A stretch of DNA of 64,000 nt from an uncultured Fibrobacter sp. GTDB lineage: Bacteria > Fibrobacterota > Chitinivibrionia > Chitinivibrionales > Chitinispirillaceae. The stretch is taken from assembly GCA_964411655.1 (NCBI GenBank), contig CAYPMS010000008.1, positions 812 to 64,811 on the forward strand, in the 5' to 3' direction. The notes below the pieces were generated by a model. That model was not told where the DNA came from and did not search any database. It worked only from the letters and a program-made list of their open reading frames with translations. Of this stretch, positions 1-9,798 are shown one piece after another. Within the stretch, counting starts at the first letter, position 1; each line of letters opens with the position of its first letter. A program made the translations under genes and the position numbers.

Positions 1-513
1 ATTTCTCCCGATAACAAATCCGCACTATGGCTTCTGGTGATGTTGGAGATTTCCCGTGACGGACTGGAAGAAGTACGTCTTAAATATGAACGTTTGGCCA
101 AAATTCCCTCTAAACCTCCAGTTTACGGTGAAATACATGCTTACCTCTGCAAAAAATCGGGAAAAATAGATAAAGCAGTAAACCAATATCAGAAACTACA
201 GACTAAGACTCAGGATCCTTCAATATTACGTAAAAAAGCTTTTGCACTGGCTAAATCCGGCCAGGAACTTCAGGCCATACCTTTACTTGAAGAACTTCTT
301 CGAATCTCTCCTGCAGATACATTTCTCCACTCCAGCTACTCAGCAGCCTGTAATCGCAGCAGCAATCTGGAACGGGCCTGGAAATTTTATCATGAGCTGT
401 TGAGCCTTAATCCGGATGATATGCGACTGTTCGGACGAATAAAAAAAATTCAGAAGAAACTGGAAGAATCATCAGATAAACCTGAAAAATTTGATTCGGA
501 TATCTCCTTATGA
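1..513 (+). CDS. TPR-like repeat protein, 5' end cut by window edge
   Basis: Frame 1 is open from nt 1 with no stop before the listed Met at 37, so the gene probably starts upstream of the window. The sequence is helical-repeat with TPR-like spacing (KKAFALAKSGQELQAIPLLEELLRISP; ERAWKFYHELLSLNP). The stop TGA at 511-513 overlaps the ATG at 510-512 of the next gene (ATGA). Confidence 0.6.
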   Translation: MSPDNKSALWLLVMLEISRDGLEEVRLKYERLAKIPSKPPVYGEIHAYLCKKSGKIDKAVNQYQKLQTKTQDPSILRKKAFALAKSGQELQAIPLLEELLRISPADTFLHSSYSAACNRSSNLERAWKFYHELLSLNPDDMRLFGRIKKIQKKLEESSDKPEKFDSDISL

Positions 514-3500
514 ATCAACAACCACTGCATAACTATACAATAGGAGATCTCATCGATGTACCACCTGTACAAACAGTAATCCGTCTTGAACAAAGCATCA
601 GTGAAGCCGGCAATATTGTCAATTCATTTGTCTTCACCTCAGATGTGGATACTCATTTTCAGGTTTTATCCCATTCATTTCTGCAGCAGCATGGACAAGG
701 CTATTTTCTTCAAGGAGATTTCGGTTCAGGAAAAAGTCACTTTCTTGCAGCTCTGGCGGCCTGGTTTTCAGAAGTACCAGGAAGCGACCATCTGACTTCC
801 CAACACTCAGGGTTGAAAAAAATCAGAGAAGCCTCCAAACATCTTCTGGCTGTATCAATTTCTTTGGTTAATTATCGCAGCAATACCTCTCTGGAAAATA
901 TTATTACCGGGGCAATAGAAGAAAAACTAAACACATTTAATATTAAAAAAGCCATTTCGGTTCAGAGCAGATTTCTTAATTATCTGAAAAGTCTTCTCAA
1001 TGATCCTGAATTATGTGAAGAATTCAGTTCCAGATTTGGAATTTTATCACAATCAATTGAACAATGGATCGATAAGCATCATCAGGAAGCACATTCCAAA
1101 GGTCTTCTGTTCATTAAAAGTAAAGGGCTGGATATTTCAGAACTCTATTCCAAAGAAAGATATCAGGTTTTTGAGACCGCTCTCAAAGCTGCCATAGAAG
1201 CAGGATTTAATGGTATTGTTCTGCTGATTGATGAATTATCGGAATTCTTTCGATCCAAACCTGACAGTACATCTCTTAACGAAGATGCCCGAACACTGCA
1301 GCTTTTAGGAGAATTAAGTAAAAACAACCCATTATGGATCATTGCAGCGGTTCAGGAAAGCATAGAACGCACCGGGGATGTTGCCCAGGCTACATTCCGT
1401 AAAATAAAAGACCGTTTTCCTGTTAAGCTGCATCTTTCCACTCTTCACATTAAAGATCTTATCTCCCGTCGTCTAATAAAAATCAAGCCTAATGCAGATA
1501 CGGTTGTATTTCGCATTTACGAAGAGTTTTGCAGACATTTTCCAGGATTCAATGTTACTCCAGCGCTTTTCAGAAGCATTTATCCTGTACATCCGTTGAC
1601 ATTATCACTCCTTGAAGGTTTGGGAGATCTTTTCTCCCAGCACCGCGGGATCGTTGATTTTGTTCATTCTCAAATAGCAGGTGATCCAGGAAGAAACATT
1701 CCCGGAGTCCTTGAGAGAACTTGTACAAGCCTGGTATCTCCAGATGCAATTTATGATCATTTTGCTCCAAGAATAGCCGAATTCTCATCATTCTACATCT
1801 ATCCCTCTCATATCATACCGCATCTGGATGAAACAATTGAAGAGTGTATCGATGATAAACAGGATAGGATTCTTTGTCGCAGATTGATCCGGATTCTTGT
1901 GCTTTACGCTATTCATCCTACAGCAACATCCCCTTCAGTAAGGGTTCTGGCAGAGCTGGTTTCCTGTATGCTTTCTTTTCAGGATCCCGATGCTAACAGT
2001 CAATATGTATCTGAAGTACTTCTGGATCCGATAGCAGAAAAAAGCAGATTTCTCATAAAAAAAGATTCCTCGACCGGTAATCCACTGGATGCAATTTACA
2101 TAATAAGCTCCAGTGAAGATCAGGGCAAAATTTTACGATCTAGAATTGATCGTGTTTTAAACGATATCGCACCAGAAGATTCAAGAGTCTTCTCTCTTCC
2201 TCTTTCAGAACTACCCGAATCCTATTCATGGCCAGGTCCTTCAATATGGAACAGACCAGTTGAACGCACTACTGTTTGGAGACAAAGTACCCGTAAAGTT
2301 GCCGTATTTTATCTGCACCCTGGAAATGAATTTTCAATCGAACAACAAATCGATGAGCTGCTTGCTAATGCCAGAATAGATATGGCGCTGGTAATTTCTG
2401 TTCAACAGATAAAAATGAATTGTAAAAACACTGCGGTATGGGTTATACCCTCGGATACTTCCGGGAACTCACTGTTTAAGGAGTACTTTGCCTGTAGAAT
2501 GATTGCCGGTGAACTTAAGACCGCAAACCCTTCCGATGCACCACAGATTCCCCAGCTAAAAGAAATGTTAAGAAAGCTTGAACCTGCCGTTCAACAACAT
2601 TTACTTCAACAGATTTACATGGGTTACTTTTGCGATTCCAATATCGAACTGGAGCCTTCTGCACGAGAGATAAAACGATTTGACAGAATCATAGAAGCTG
2701 CAGCAGAGCAGATTCTGGAAACCCGTTATCCCCGTTTCAAGGAAATTGCCTCAAGAAGCATTCCCCCATCTTTACGTTACTATCAAAGACTCTTTGAGGA
2801 ATTCATAATCCCTGGTACTATTTCCCTGAAAGATGCACGTACACAGGGTTTATCTGAAGCAATAGAAACTATGGCAGTTCCATTAGGGCTTGTTGAAGTT
2901 AAATCCGGCAATTACTTACTTTCTCCCAATCCTGTTTCCAACCAGTTCCTTTCATGGTTTTTCGGTCTGCTGCCGGCCTCTGGTCAGATCCCAATATCAA
3001 ATCTTCTTTTAAAACTGCAAACGGATGTATATGGCGCTCCGCATGATCTCGCATGCTTTCTGATTTCATCGCTTGCCTACTGCGGTCATATCTCATTAAT
3101 AAACAAAGGCCGTATAGTGCCAATTGACTTTATTAAACTGATGAATATTGATCAGTTCGAATATGTTGCTCCAGGAGAGCTTATCAATCAGGCAGACCGG
3201 GAGACCATTATTAGTTCATGTTCATTTTTAGGCAACTCTCTTTCCGGTGAATCTTTCGGACTCAGGCAGCAGCGTGATTTCTGGCAGGCGGTTCTGAAAT
3301 TTAAAACCAGTGGAGCATCATTGATAAGCGAACTGGATCGAAAAATCAAAACTCTCTCAGAATTTTCAGCTTTCAGTAATTTTGATTTTGATAATATTAA
3401 CAATAAATGTGTATCTCTTTGCAAAGTCCTTGATGAAATAAAAACCTCTTACAGTGCCCGTGAAGGATTGGAGCGTTTTCTGACTTCCTGGAGAAACTCC

Positions 3501-5492
3501 GGTTTAAAATCTGAGGATATTACCAGTCTGCGACAAATGGACCGGTTTCTTGGTCGTCATGCGGAAAGAATAGTTTTTATCAATCATTATCTTCATCATC
3601 ATTCGGTAACCGAAGCATCATCTGCAGACATTGAAACCGCTCAAAACAGGGATACTGTATTAATGATGCTACGTCAGCCTCATATATTGATTATCCCCGA
3701 CGAAGGAGAACAACTGCAGGCTGCATTTGATGCCTTTCGCCAATGTTATATGCGGAAATATTCCTCTGACCATGCCACTTTTCAGAAATCGCGTAAAAAA
3801 GCTGCTGTGTCAAGGCATTCCTTAAAAGCTTTGCAGACAATCCGCCGTCTTGCAGCCATTGCTGCACTTGACCGTCCCAAAGGGACACAGCAGCTTCTGG
3901 ATGAACTGGATAGGCCAGCTCCTGTCGTTTGTACAAGAAATACCAACGAAGAGCTTCTTCGTTCTCCTCTATGCAGTTGCGGTTATCAATGTGGTACTTC
4001 TCCGGAACAGTACAACACACCAGACCCTGAATCCTTAATCCAGAAAATTCTGAATGATTATGCAGAAATTCTTTGCACTTCTCAGGTGCTTGAAGCTGTT
4101 TCCTCTCGGGCTTTCGCTCTGAGGGATATAGATAAATACTCTTCAGAACGGCTTCAGAACCTGCATGTTTTTCTAAAAAGTAATATCTCTGCCGGATCTC
4201 TTGCTCTATGTGATCTTCTCGATGATTCAACGGTCACAGAACTGAATAAAGCTCTCTCTGGATTCACTTCCATAGAAAAAAGAAATCTTGGTGTTCTTGA
4301 AAACGAGCTTGCCGGCCGCCGTCTTACTCCTGCACGGATAAGGGAACTGTTTAATGAGTGGCTTGGAAATTCTTCAGGTGAAACCATCCTGTCAATTGAG
4401 CATAATACAGGCTCATCAGAATACAGCACGATAGAATCACTTCTCTGGCCCTTTCTTCACCAGAAAATTTTCCAAAACTCCATTCATGAACCAAGGGTTA
4501 TAAACACGCAACCGCAGACTTTATCAGCGATGCTTGAACAGCAGTATCCATCAGGAAAACTTTCCATTATTTTTGACAGGACCCCTACATCTGATCTTTT
4601 CGACTTTGTATGCAAGGAGCCTTTACATTATTCTGCCATACAGACTGCCTGGAATATCCTTTGTGATCGCATACTTAATACTGCAGAACCGACACCAGAA
4701 CACGTTTATTCCAATTTTCTGGACAATTCAGAAGGTGTACGTATTAAAAACCGTCTTATTGCTTTAAAAGATTTTTCCCGGAATTACGCATCCACTTTCC
4801 CTTCTAAACTGCGTGCCCGTCTTGCAGCATCATTTTTTTATAATGACACCTGGGCTACTCCTCAGCTTAAAAGAACGATCCAGGGGAAAATGGAAAAAAT
4901 CACTTCTGAGAGCAATGACTGGTTTCAGACATTGCCCCCGATTAAAAAAATCAACTATTCCGATTGTTCTACAGTCGTGCTGATAGATGGAGTCTCCATT
5001 GATATCTGGCTGGAAGTCTTGGCGACTAATTCTGCGCTTTTCAACAATGCAAATGCCAGTATTCATCGCCTTTCTGTCCCGAGCCTGACTATTGATAGTA
5101 TCAATGAAATGTTCAGTTTTCCGGCTAAAAGCGATCCTGCAGAGAGACTGACTGAACATCAAATTAACTATATTACCATATCAGGAAATGAAGACCATTT
5201 GTGGAAAGATCTTATTCCCAAATCAACAGCTTCAAAGCCGCAGCTTGTCAGAGTATCGTTTTTTGACGAGCAGGCACATGCAGGCAGTATCCGCCTCCAC
5301 GAGATGCCCATGCTGCTTCAAAACCTGCTTGCCAGAAACATTCCTCCGCTTCTTGATATGTGCAAAGGAGAAAAAAGATCTCTTGTAATGACATCTGATC
5401 ATGGATTCTCATTTACTCCCAAAGGCCTTTCACATGGTAATGGTGGACCTTATGAACAATCCATTTTCAGGGTTGAATGGCAACCAGGGTAG
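510..5492 (+). CDS. 1660-aa fusion protein: N-terminal BrxC/PglY-like (BREX-type) P-loop NTPase plus C-terminal PglZ (alkaline-phosphatase superfamily) domain
   Basis: Walker A is GDFGSGKSHFLAAL (about nt 713-750) and Walker B is IVLLIDELSEF (about nt 1215-1245), followed by WIIAAVQES and YPVHPLTL motifs typical of DUF499/DUF6079-type BREX ATPases. The C-terminal roughly 180 aa (about nt 4960-5489) shows the PglZ landmarks TVVLIDGVSIDIW, VPSLTIDS (putative Thr nucleophile), FFDEQAHAG and VMTSDHGFS. It is one uninterrupted ORF. Confidence 0.7.
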   Translation: MNQQPLHNYTIGDLIDVPPVQTVIRLEQSISEAGNIVNSFVFTSDVDTHFQVLSHSFLQQHGQGYFLQGDFGSGKSHFLAALAAWFSEVPGSDHLTSQHSGLKKIREASKHLLAVSISLVNYRSNTSLENIITGAIEEKLNTFNIKKAISVQSRFLNYLKSLLNDPELCEEFSSRFGILSQSIEQWIDKHHQEAHSKGLLFIKSKGLDISELYSKERYQVFETALKAAIEAGFNGIVLLIDELSEFFRSKPDSTSLNEDARTLQLLGELSKNNPLWIIAAVQESIERTGDVAQATFRKIKDRFPVKLHLSTLHIKDLISRRLIKIKPNADTVVFRIYEEFCRHFPGFNVTPALFRSIYPVHPLTLSLLEGLGDLFSQHRGIVDFVHSQIAGDPGRNIPGVLERTCTSLVSPDAIYDHFAPRIAEFSSFYIYPSHIIPHLDETIEECIDDKQDRILCRRLIRILVLYAIHPTATSPSVRVLAELVSCMLSFQDPDANSQYVSEVLLDPIAEKSRFLIKKDSSTGNPLDAIYIISSSEDQGKILRSRIDRVLNDIAPEDSRVFSLPLSELPESYSWPGPSIWNRPVERTTVWRQSTRKVAVFYLHPGNEFSIEQQIDELLANARIDMALVISVQQIKMNCKNTAVWVIPSDTSGNSLFKEYFACRMIAGELKTANPSDAPQIPQLKEMLRKLEPAVQQHLLQQIYMGYFCDSNIELEPSAREIKRFDRIIEAAAEQILETRYPRFKEIASRSIPPSLRYYQRLFEEFIIPGTISLKDARTQGLSEAIETMAVPLGLVEVKSGNYLLSPNPVSNQFLSWFFGLLPASGQIPISNLLLKLQTDVYGAPHDLACFLISSLAYCGHISLINKGRIVPIDFIKLMNIDQFEYVAPGELINQADRETIISSCSFLGNSLSGESFGLRQQRDFWQAVLKFKTSGASLISELDRKIKTLSEFSAFSNFDFDNINNKCVSLCKVLDEIKTSYSAREGLERFLTSWRNSGLKSEDITSLRQMDRFLGRHAERIVFINHYLHHHSVTEASSADIETAQNRDTVLMMLRQPHILIIPDEGEQLQAAFDAFRQCYMRKYSSDHATFQKSRKKAAVSRHSLKALQTIRRLAAIAALDRPKGTQQLLDELDRPAPVVCTRNTNEELLRSPLCSCGYQCGTSPEQYNTPDPESLIQKILNDYAEILCTSQVLEAVSSRAFALRDIDKYSSERLQNLHVFLKSNISAGSLALCDLLDDSTVTELNKALSGFTSIEKRNLGVLENELAGRRLTPARIRELFNEWLGNSSGETILSIEHNTGSSEYSTIESLLWPFLHQKIFQNSIHEPRVINTQPQTLSAMLEQQYPSGKLSIIFDRTPTSDLFDFVCKEPLHYSAIQTAWNILCDRILNTAEPTPEHVYSNFLDNSEGVRIKNRLIALKDFSRNYASTFPSKLRARLAASFFYNDTWATPQLKRTIQGKMEKITSESNDWFQTLPPIKKINYSDCSTVVLIDGVSIDIWLEVLATNSALFNNANASIHRLSVPSLTIDSINEMFSFPAKSDPAERLTEHQINYITISGNEDHLWKDLIPKSTASKPQLVRVSFFDEQAHAGSIRLHEMPMLLQNLLARNIPPLLDMCKGEKRSLVMTSDHGFSFTPKGLSHGNGGPYEQSIFRVEWQPG

Positions 5493-5558
5493 ATGTATAC
5501 TTTTTTTGCTGAGTCTATTTATAGGTAAGTGCTTCTGGTGAAAGGCAAAGACTAAAAC

Positions 5559-6404
5559 ATGAGTGAAAGCCTGAAAAATGAACTATTCAGATTACAGCCC
5601 AGATTTATTTATCTGGAGCTTTTATTCCTTTATACAATTGCCTCAATCTGTATCATCTCCTGGTTTCCCCCCATCTTTTCTCTTTTAGCTTTTGAAGAGA
5701 TACTGCGTTCAGCAATTAATGCTTCCTTGCTTCTGAATTTAACTGCTTTTGTAATTTTCCTGCTTTATAAATTCATAAAGGATGAAATACGACGTATCTC
5801 TTTTATAATTACAGATGATCATGTTATCATAAAAGGTTTCTCCAGAACCACATCAGTTCGTCTTTCAGATATTAATAATGTTCAATATGTCAGAATACCT
5901 GTAGTTCGCGGTTTTCTCAAGCTAAGTACATCAGATAACGTAATTAAAATTCCATTATTAATTGAACATACCATGACCTTTATCACATCTTTGCAAAGCA
6001 GACTCAATAAGAATCCGAATGTTTCATCCGGCATCAATGACAAACGATTATACGAAGACGTGAAGGTATTCCAGGACTCTTACCAGCGTTCCTTGAGAGC
6101 TTTTTCTCCACTTATTCTGATTTCTCTTTTCATGTTTTTTTTCAACACCATTATTGCAGTTGAATTCTGGGAACTAGCTCTTATTCCAACCTTATTATTT
6201 GCAATGATCGGTCTGCTTCTTCCCACGATTGGGTACCACATTGCCGATGTCAAAATAAATCATTCTGTCAGAAACCTTCTCAGATCAAATACCGCCGAGT
6301 TGCATAACAACAGCATGGAATATCTTTATAGTGGATTTCTTATATTTATCTTATATCTTTTTATCGGATTTTTTTTTAAGGCCGTCTTTCTGTGGACCTA
6401 TTAA
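5559..6404 (+). CDS. Multi-pass membrane protein with a central bacterial PH-like (bPH_2/YdbT-like) domain
   Basis: There are two N-terminal hydrophobic helices. A soluble segment follows (ISFIITDDHVIIKGFSRTTSVRLSDINNVQYVRIPVVRGFLKLSTSDNVIKIPL) that resembles bPH_2 domains. Two or three C-terminal TM helices complete the protein. Confidence 0.5.
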   Translation: MSESLKNELFRLQPRFIYLELLFLYTIASICIISWFPPIFSLLAFEEILRSAINASLLLNLTAFVIFLLYKFIKDEIRRISFIITDDHVIIKGFSRTTSVRLSDINNVQYVRIPVVRGFLKLSTSDNVIKIPLLIEHTMTFITSLQSRLNKNPNVSSGINDKRLYEDVKVFQDSYQRSLRAFSPLILISLFMFFFNTIIAVEFWELALIPTLLFAMIGLLLPTIGYHIADVKINHSVRNLLRSNTAELHNNSMEYLYSGFLIFILYLFIGFFFKAVFLWTY

Positions 6405-7378
6405 ATAAACCCCTTGTACTTAGAAGCAAATCTATTACGCCTCCATTACTCTGTGCTCCGATGGCTGGACTTACCCATAGTGCATTCAGACGGCTACTGG
6501 CAGATTTCGGAGGTTACGGTTGTCTTTACACTGAGATGCTCTCAGTAAAAGCACTTCTGGTTGAAGACCTCAGCCGGTCTCCATTTACCAAAAAAAGATC
6601 CAGTGAAGGTAATGTCATCTACCAGTTAAAATTATCAGGCAATGAACCAATAAAAAAAATCATAGAACGCATTGCCAGTATCGAACCATTTGCAATAGAT
6701 ATAAACCTTGGATGTCCCGCACCTGAGGTTAGTAAAGACGGTTGTGGCAAATCACTTTTTGATAATATAGAACTGTTAGAAACTACTCTTGATAAATTCA
6801 GGAATTGCTGGAATGGCATACTGACCATTAAATGTCGTCTGGGAAATAATGGACCTGGCTGGGAGGATCGTTTTTCTGCACGGATTAAACTGTTTGAAAA
6901 GTATGGTATCGACGGGATCTGTGTTCACCCCAGATTTTCTGATGAAAAACTGAAAAGAGAAGCCCGCTGGAATCTTTTCGCATGGATCAGATCTCAAAGC
7001 AGAATTCCTCTTATTGCTAACGGTGATATAGGTGATCTCACCGCATTGGAACTGATTTCTTCCGGTAAATGTGATGCTTTGATGATTGGCCGCATGGCTG
7101 TTGTAAAGCCATGGATTTTCAGGGAGTTAAGAGGTGAAACAGTCAATTTTGATTATGCAGAGGTCTGGAACCGTCATCTGGATTATATCTGTGAAGACTT
7201 CCCGGCAGAAAAAGCTATTGGTAGAATAAAAGAATTTACATCCTATTATTCCAAAAACTTTTTCTTTGGCCATGAGCTATTCAGAGTAGTGCAATCAGCT
7301 CCTTCAATCCAACTGCTTAGGGAAAGAGCCAACTGTTTTTTGACCTCCGGTCCCCAGATTAGCGCTGTAAAGCTGTAA
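6392..7378 (+). CDS. dus: tRNA-dihydrouridine synthase (Dus family)
   Basis: LLCAPMAGLTHSAFRRL, DINLGCPAPEV and IANGDI are classic Dus/FMN TIM-barrel motifs. The only available start is GTG at 6392, which overlaps the upstream gene by 13 nt. Confidence 0.9.
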   Translation: MDLLNKPLVLRSKSITPPLLCAPMAGLTHSAFRRLLADFGGYGCLYTEMLSVKALLVEDLSRSPFTKKRSSEGNVIYQLKLSGNEPIKKIIERIASIEPFAIDINLGCPAPEVSKDGCGKSLFDNIELLETTLDKFRNCWNGILTIKCRLGNNGPGWEDRFSARIKLFEKYGIDGICVHPRFSDEKLKREARWNLFAWIRSQSRIPLIANGDIGDLTALELISSGKCDALMIGRMAVVKPWIFRELRGETVNFDYAEVWNRHLDYICEDFPAEKAIGRIKEFTSYYSKNFFFGHELFRVVQSAPSIQLLRERANCFLTSGPQISAVKL

Positions 7379-7404
7379 AAAAAAAATCTGATTTAAGTCA
7401 TGAT

Positions 7405-8613
7405 TCAGATCACCAGTTCCAGTGTAAATCCTTTGTGTTTGGCCATATCTATTAAAATCGGTTTAACTTTCTGCCGGTTTTTGGTCTCGTATATAATAAT
7501 TTGAGGATTTTCCAGATTTTCCGGGTTATCACGTGCTACCACCCCATAATAACCTATTAACTGAGGTGTTGGTGCATTGACAATTTTTATTCTTGCACCT
7601 ACCGGATACAATGGAACAATAGTAGTCAGAGTCTTAACAATGTCCGCATTGAGCAGATTACCACCCATTTCAATGAGATTTCTTAATGAGGTTTTTATAT
7701 CGCAAGGCTCGATCCCTTCTCGCGGTCTACCAGAAATATAAGAGTCGTAACAATCTGCAACTGCCACAATTTCAGCAAACCTGTGTATCATATTCTGTCT
7801 TGAAAAATCCTTTAGCGGTGGGCGGTTATCCCCTTTTATTCCTTGGGGGTAGCCTGTTCCATTCTGCCTTTCGTGATGCTGCAAAGCAACGGCTGCACTG
7901 GTTGAGGGGATTGCATGATTCTGAGAAAGCATAAGAAAGCCATAAACTGTATGCTGCTGAAAAGTTTTCAGTTCCTCTGAATTGTATTCAGTTATTTTTT
8001 TGGCAAGCAGCTCTTTTGGCAAAGCAATCAGTCCCAGTTCGTAATTGAGCGCTCCAATGCCAAGCTGTTTCATCTCTTCGTAAGACAATTTGTATTTCTT
8101 GCCAATGCAAAGAGAGGTTATGGTAACGTTTAGCGCATGTCCCAGAAGACTGGGTTGAGTCTGTTGCATGGCTGATAAATTAAGCACAATAGATGATTGA
8201 CTCATGATTTCTTCTACAAACTTGTCCAGAGCCTTAACCATCCCATTACTCATTATAAACTTGTTCAGGTACTGTTTGTTTTCCTTTAAAATATCCTTAA
8301 TCTTATCTGTACTTTTAACACGGAAATGGTCAATAGCATTTGCAAGCTCTTTTGAGCTGGAATCAATTGATTGACTCATCTCCCTCTGAGCCGCTTCAGA
8401 TACAACATCTTGCGGAGTTACACTCTCGGTACCTTCAACATCTATAAGGACATTGCGGTAACCCAACTGTTTTAATCTTTCACGGTACCTTTCCTTTACT
8501 CTATAGCCAGCTGCCAAAAGAAGTTCTCCTGAAGGCAGCACTATAGATTCACCAAGAACCATATCTTCTTGGACCTGATCTAAAGTATATCTTACCACAA
8601 TTACCTTCCACAA
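7405..8613 (-). CDS. HD-GYP domain c-di-GMP phosphodiesterase-type protein
   Basis: HALNV...LQHHERQNGTGYPQGIKG is the HD plus GYP signature. An N-terminal roughly 55-aa domain and a coiled middle region are also present. Confidence 0.85.
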   Translation of the reverse strand: MWKVIVVRYTLDQVQEDMVLGESIVLPSGELLLAAGYRVKERYRERLKQLGYRNVLIDVEGTESVTPQDVVSEAAQREMSQSIDSSSKELANAIDHFRVKSTDKIKDILKENKQYLNKFIMSNGMVKALDKFVEEIMSQSSIVLNLSAMQQTQPSLLGHALNVTITSLCIGKKYKLSYEEMKQLGIGALNYELGLIALPKELLAKKITEYNSEELKTFQQHTVYGFLMLSQNHAIPSTSAAVALQHHERQNGTGYPQGIKGDNRPPLKDFSRQNMIHRFAEIVAVADCYDSYISGRPREGIEPCDIKTSLRNLIEMGGNLLNADIVKTLTTIVPLYPVGARIKIVNAPTPQLIGYYGVVARDNPENLENPQIIIYETKNRQKVKPILIDMAKHKGFTLELVI

Positions 8614-8775
8614 TCACAACAATACATCTTTTGAGTAATACTTAAGATTATACACACATTTAGACCAATATTCAAAGTGCATTTTGGCCTCTCTGAAATT
8701 TATTTATTCTATCATGAGCAAAAGTCCAAACCCTCACTTATATTACAAAGATATAATCAGCATCGAAGGCAATAT

Positions 8776-9609
8776 ATGATAGGACTGATAAAAGAGATCT
8801 CTTCTCTGGATGAACCTGAAATTGAAATATATCGCACATTAAAACGGCCTCAACAGCACAGAGAACAAGGATTTTTCGTAGTCGAAGGTGACAAAGTAGT
8901 CAACAGATTTCTTCAAAGTAATTTGCGTGTAGTCTCGGTCTTATTGGTTTCTGATCTATTGGATTTTTATTATCCACTTATTGAAAAAAGACCGGAAAAG
9001 ATAAATATCTATACCACATCTGCACCACTATTAAAAGCTATCGTCGGCTTCCGGTATCACCAGGGAATCATGGCCGTAGGCTTGGTTCCACAGCCTCGAT
9101 CTCTGGAACAAATTCTTTCTGTTTTAATAGAACCTGCAATCTTTGTAGCATTGGATCGGCTTGAAAGTGCAGAAAATACAGGGGTTATTGTTAGAAATTG
9201 TGTTGCAAACGGAGTGCAGGCATTGATTATAGGTGAAAAATCTACAGACCCGTTTCTGCGAAGAGCTGTCCGTAACTCTATGGGTACTCTGTTTAACCTT
9301 CCGGTAATTTATTCAGAAAAACTCACAACTACTCTGGCGCAGCTTCGCGATTCGCACAATTTCCAAATAATTGCAGCTCACCCCAGAACTCAAAGCCAGA
9401 ATATCTTCTCTGTCGATTTATGTAAAAACAGTTGTATCGTTCTTGGAAATGAAGGTGTTGGAATCAGTTCTGATGTCCTGAGCCAATGTGACATTGAGGT
9501 GTGTATCCCCATGGTTTCCAGTGTTGATTCTTTAAATGTTGCTTGTGCCAGTGCAGTAATTCTGTATGAAGTGACACGTCAACGACACAGGGCTGGAATT
9601 TTTCTGTAA
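8776..9609 (+). CDS. TrmH/SpoU family RNA 2'-O-methyltransferase
   Basis: ENTGVIVRN, IVLGNEGVGIS and SLNVACASAVILYE are SpoU methylase motifs. I prefer the ATG at 8776 (MIGLIKE...) over the listed GTG at 8677. Confidence 0.85.
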   Translation: MIGLIKEISSLDEPEIEIYRTLKRPQQHREQGFFVVEGDKVVNRFLQSNLRVVSVLLVSDLLDFYYPLIEKRPEKINIYTTSAPLLKAIVGFRYHQGIMAVGLVPQPRSLEQILSVLIEPAIFVALDRLESAENTGVIVRNCVANGVQALIIGEKSTDPFLRRAVRNSMGTLFNLPVIYSEKLTTTLAQLRDSHNFQIIAAHPRTQSQNIFSVDLCKNSCIVLGNEGVGISSDVLSQCDIEVCIPMVSSVDSLNVACASAVILYEVTRQRHRAGIFL

Positions 9610-9663
9610 AAACTGGCATTCTACTTTTCAGATATTTTTCTCATTAAAGATACAAATGCACAC

Positions 9664-9694
9664 AATGAAGGCCCAACTTAAGGGAGCCTTCATT
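9664..9694. terminator. Hairpin between convergent genes (possible bidirectional terminator)
   Basis: AATGAAGGC (9664-9672) pairs perfectly with GCCTTCATT (9686-9694) around a 13-nt loop. The downstream sequence is T-rich. Confidence 0.4.
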
Positions 9695-9798
9695 ATTACA
9701 TTGCCGATTTTATTCGAGTATAAAATTGTAATCTCTTAGCTTGAAAACTGCTCCTCAATCCTCAACTGCCCTCTGAAGTTTCCAAAGGATAAGTCAGG

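Noticed and set aside
3691-4429. Minus-strand ORFs of 179 aa and 91 aa inside the giant ATPase-PglZ gene.
   Set aside because: They are antisense to a long, motif-bearing ORF, have no motifs of their own and are of unremarkable length for an AT-moderate genome. I treat them as shadow ORFs.
510-7378. Calling the left-edge locus a canonical BREX or Pgl system.
   Set aside because: Only ATPase-like and PglZ-like parts are visible, and they are fused. No PglX methyltransferase, BrxA/B, BrxL, kinase or helicase is in the window. The downstream genes are a membrane PH protein and dus. The BREX relationship is therefore reported only as a domain-level similarity.
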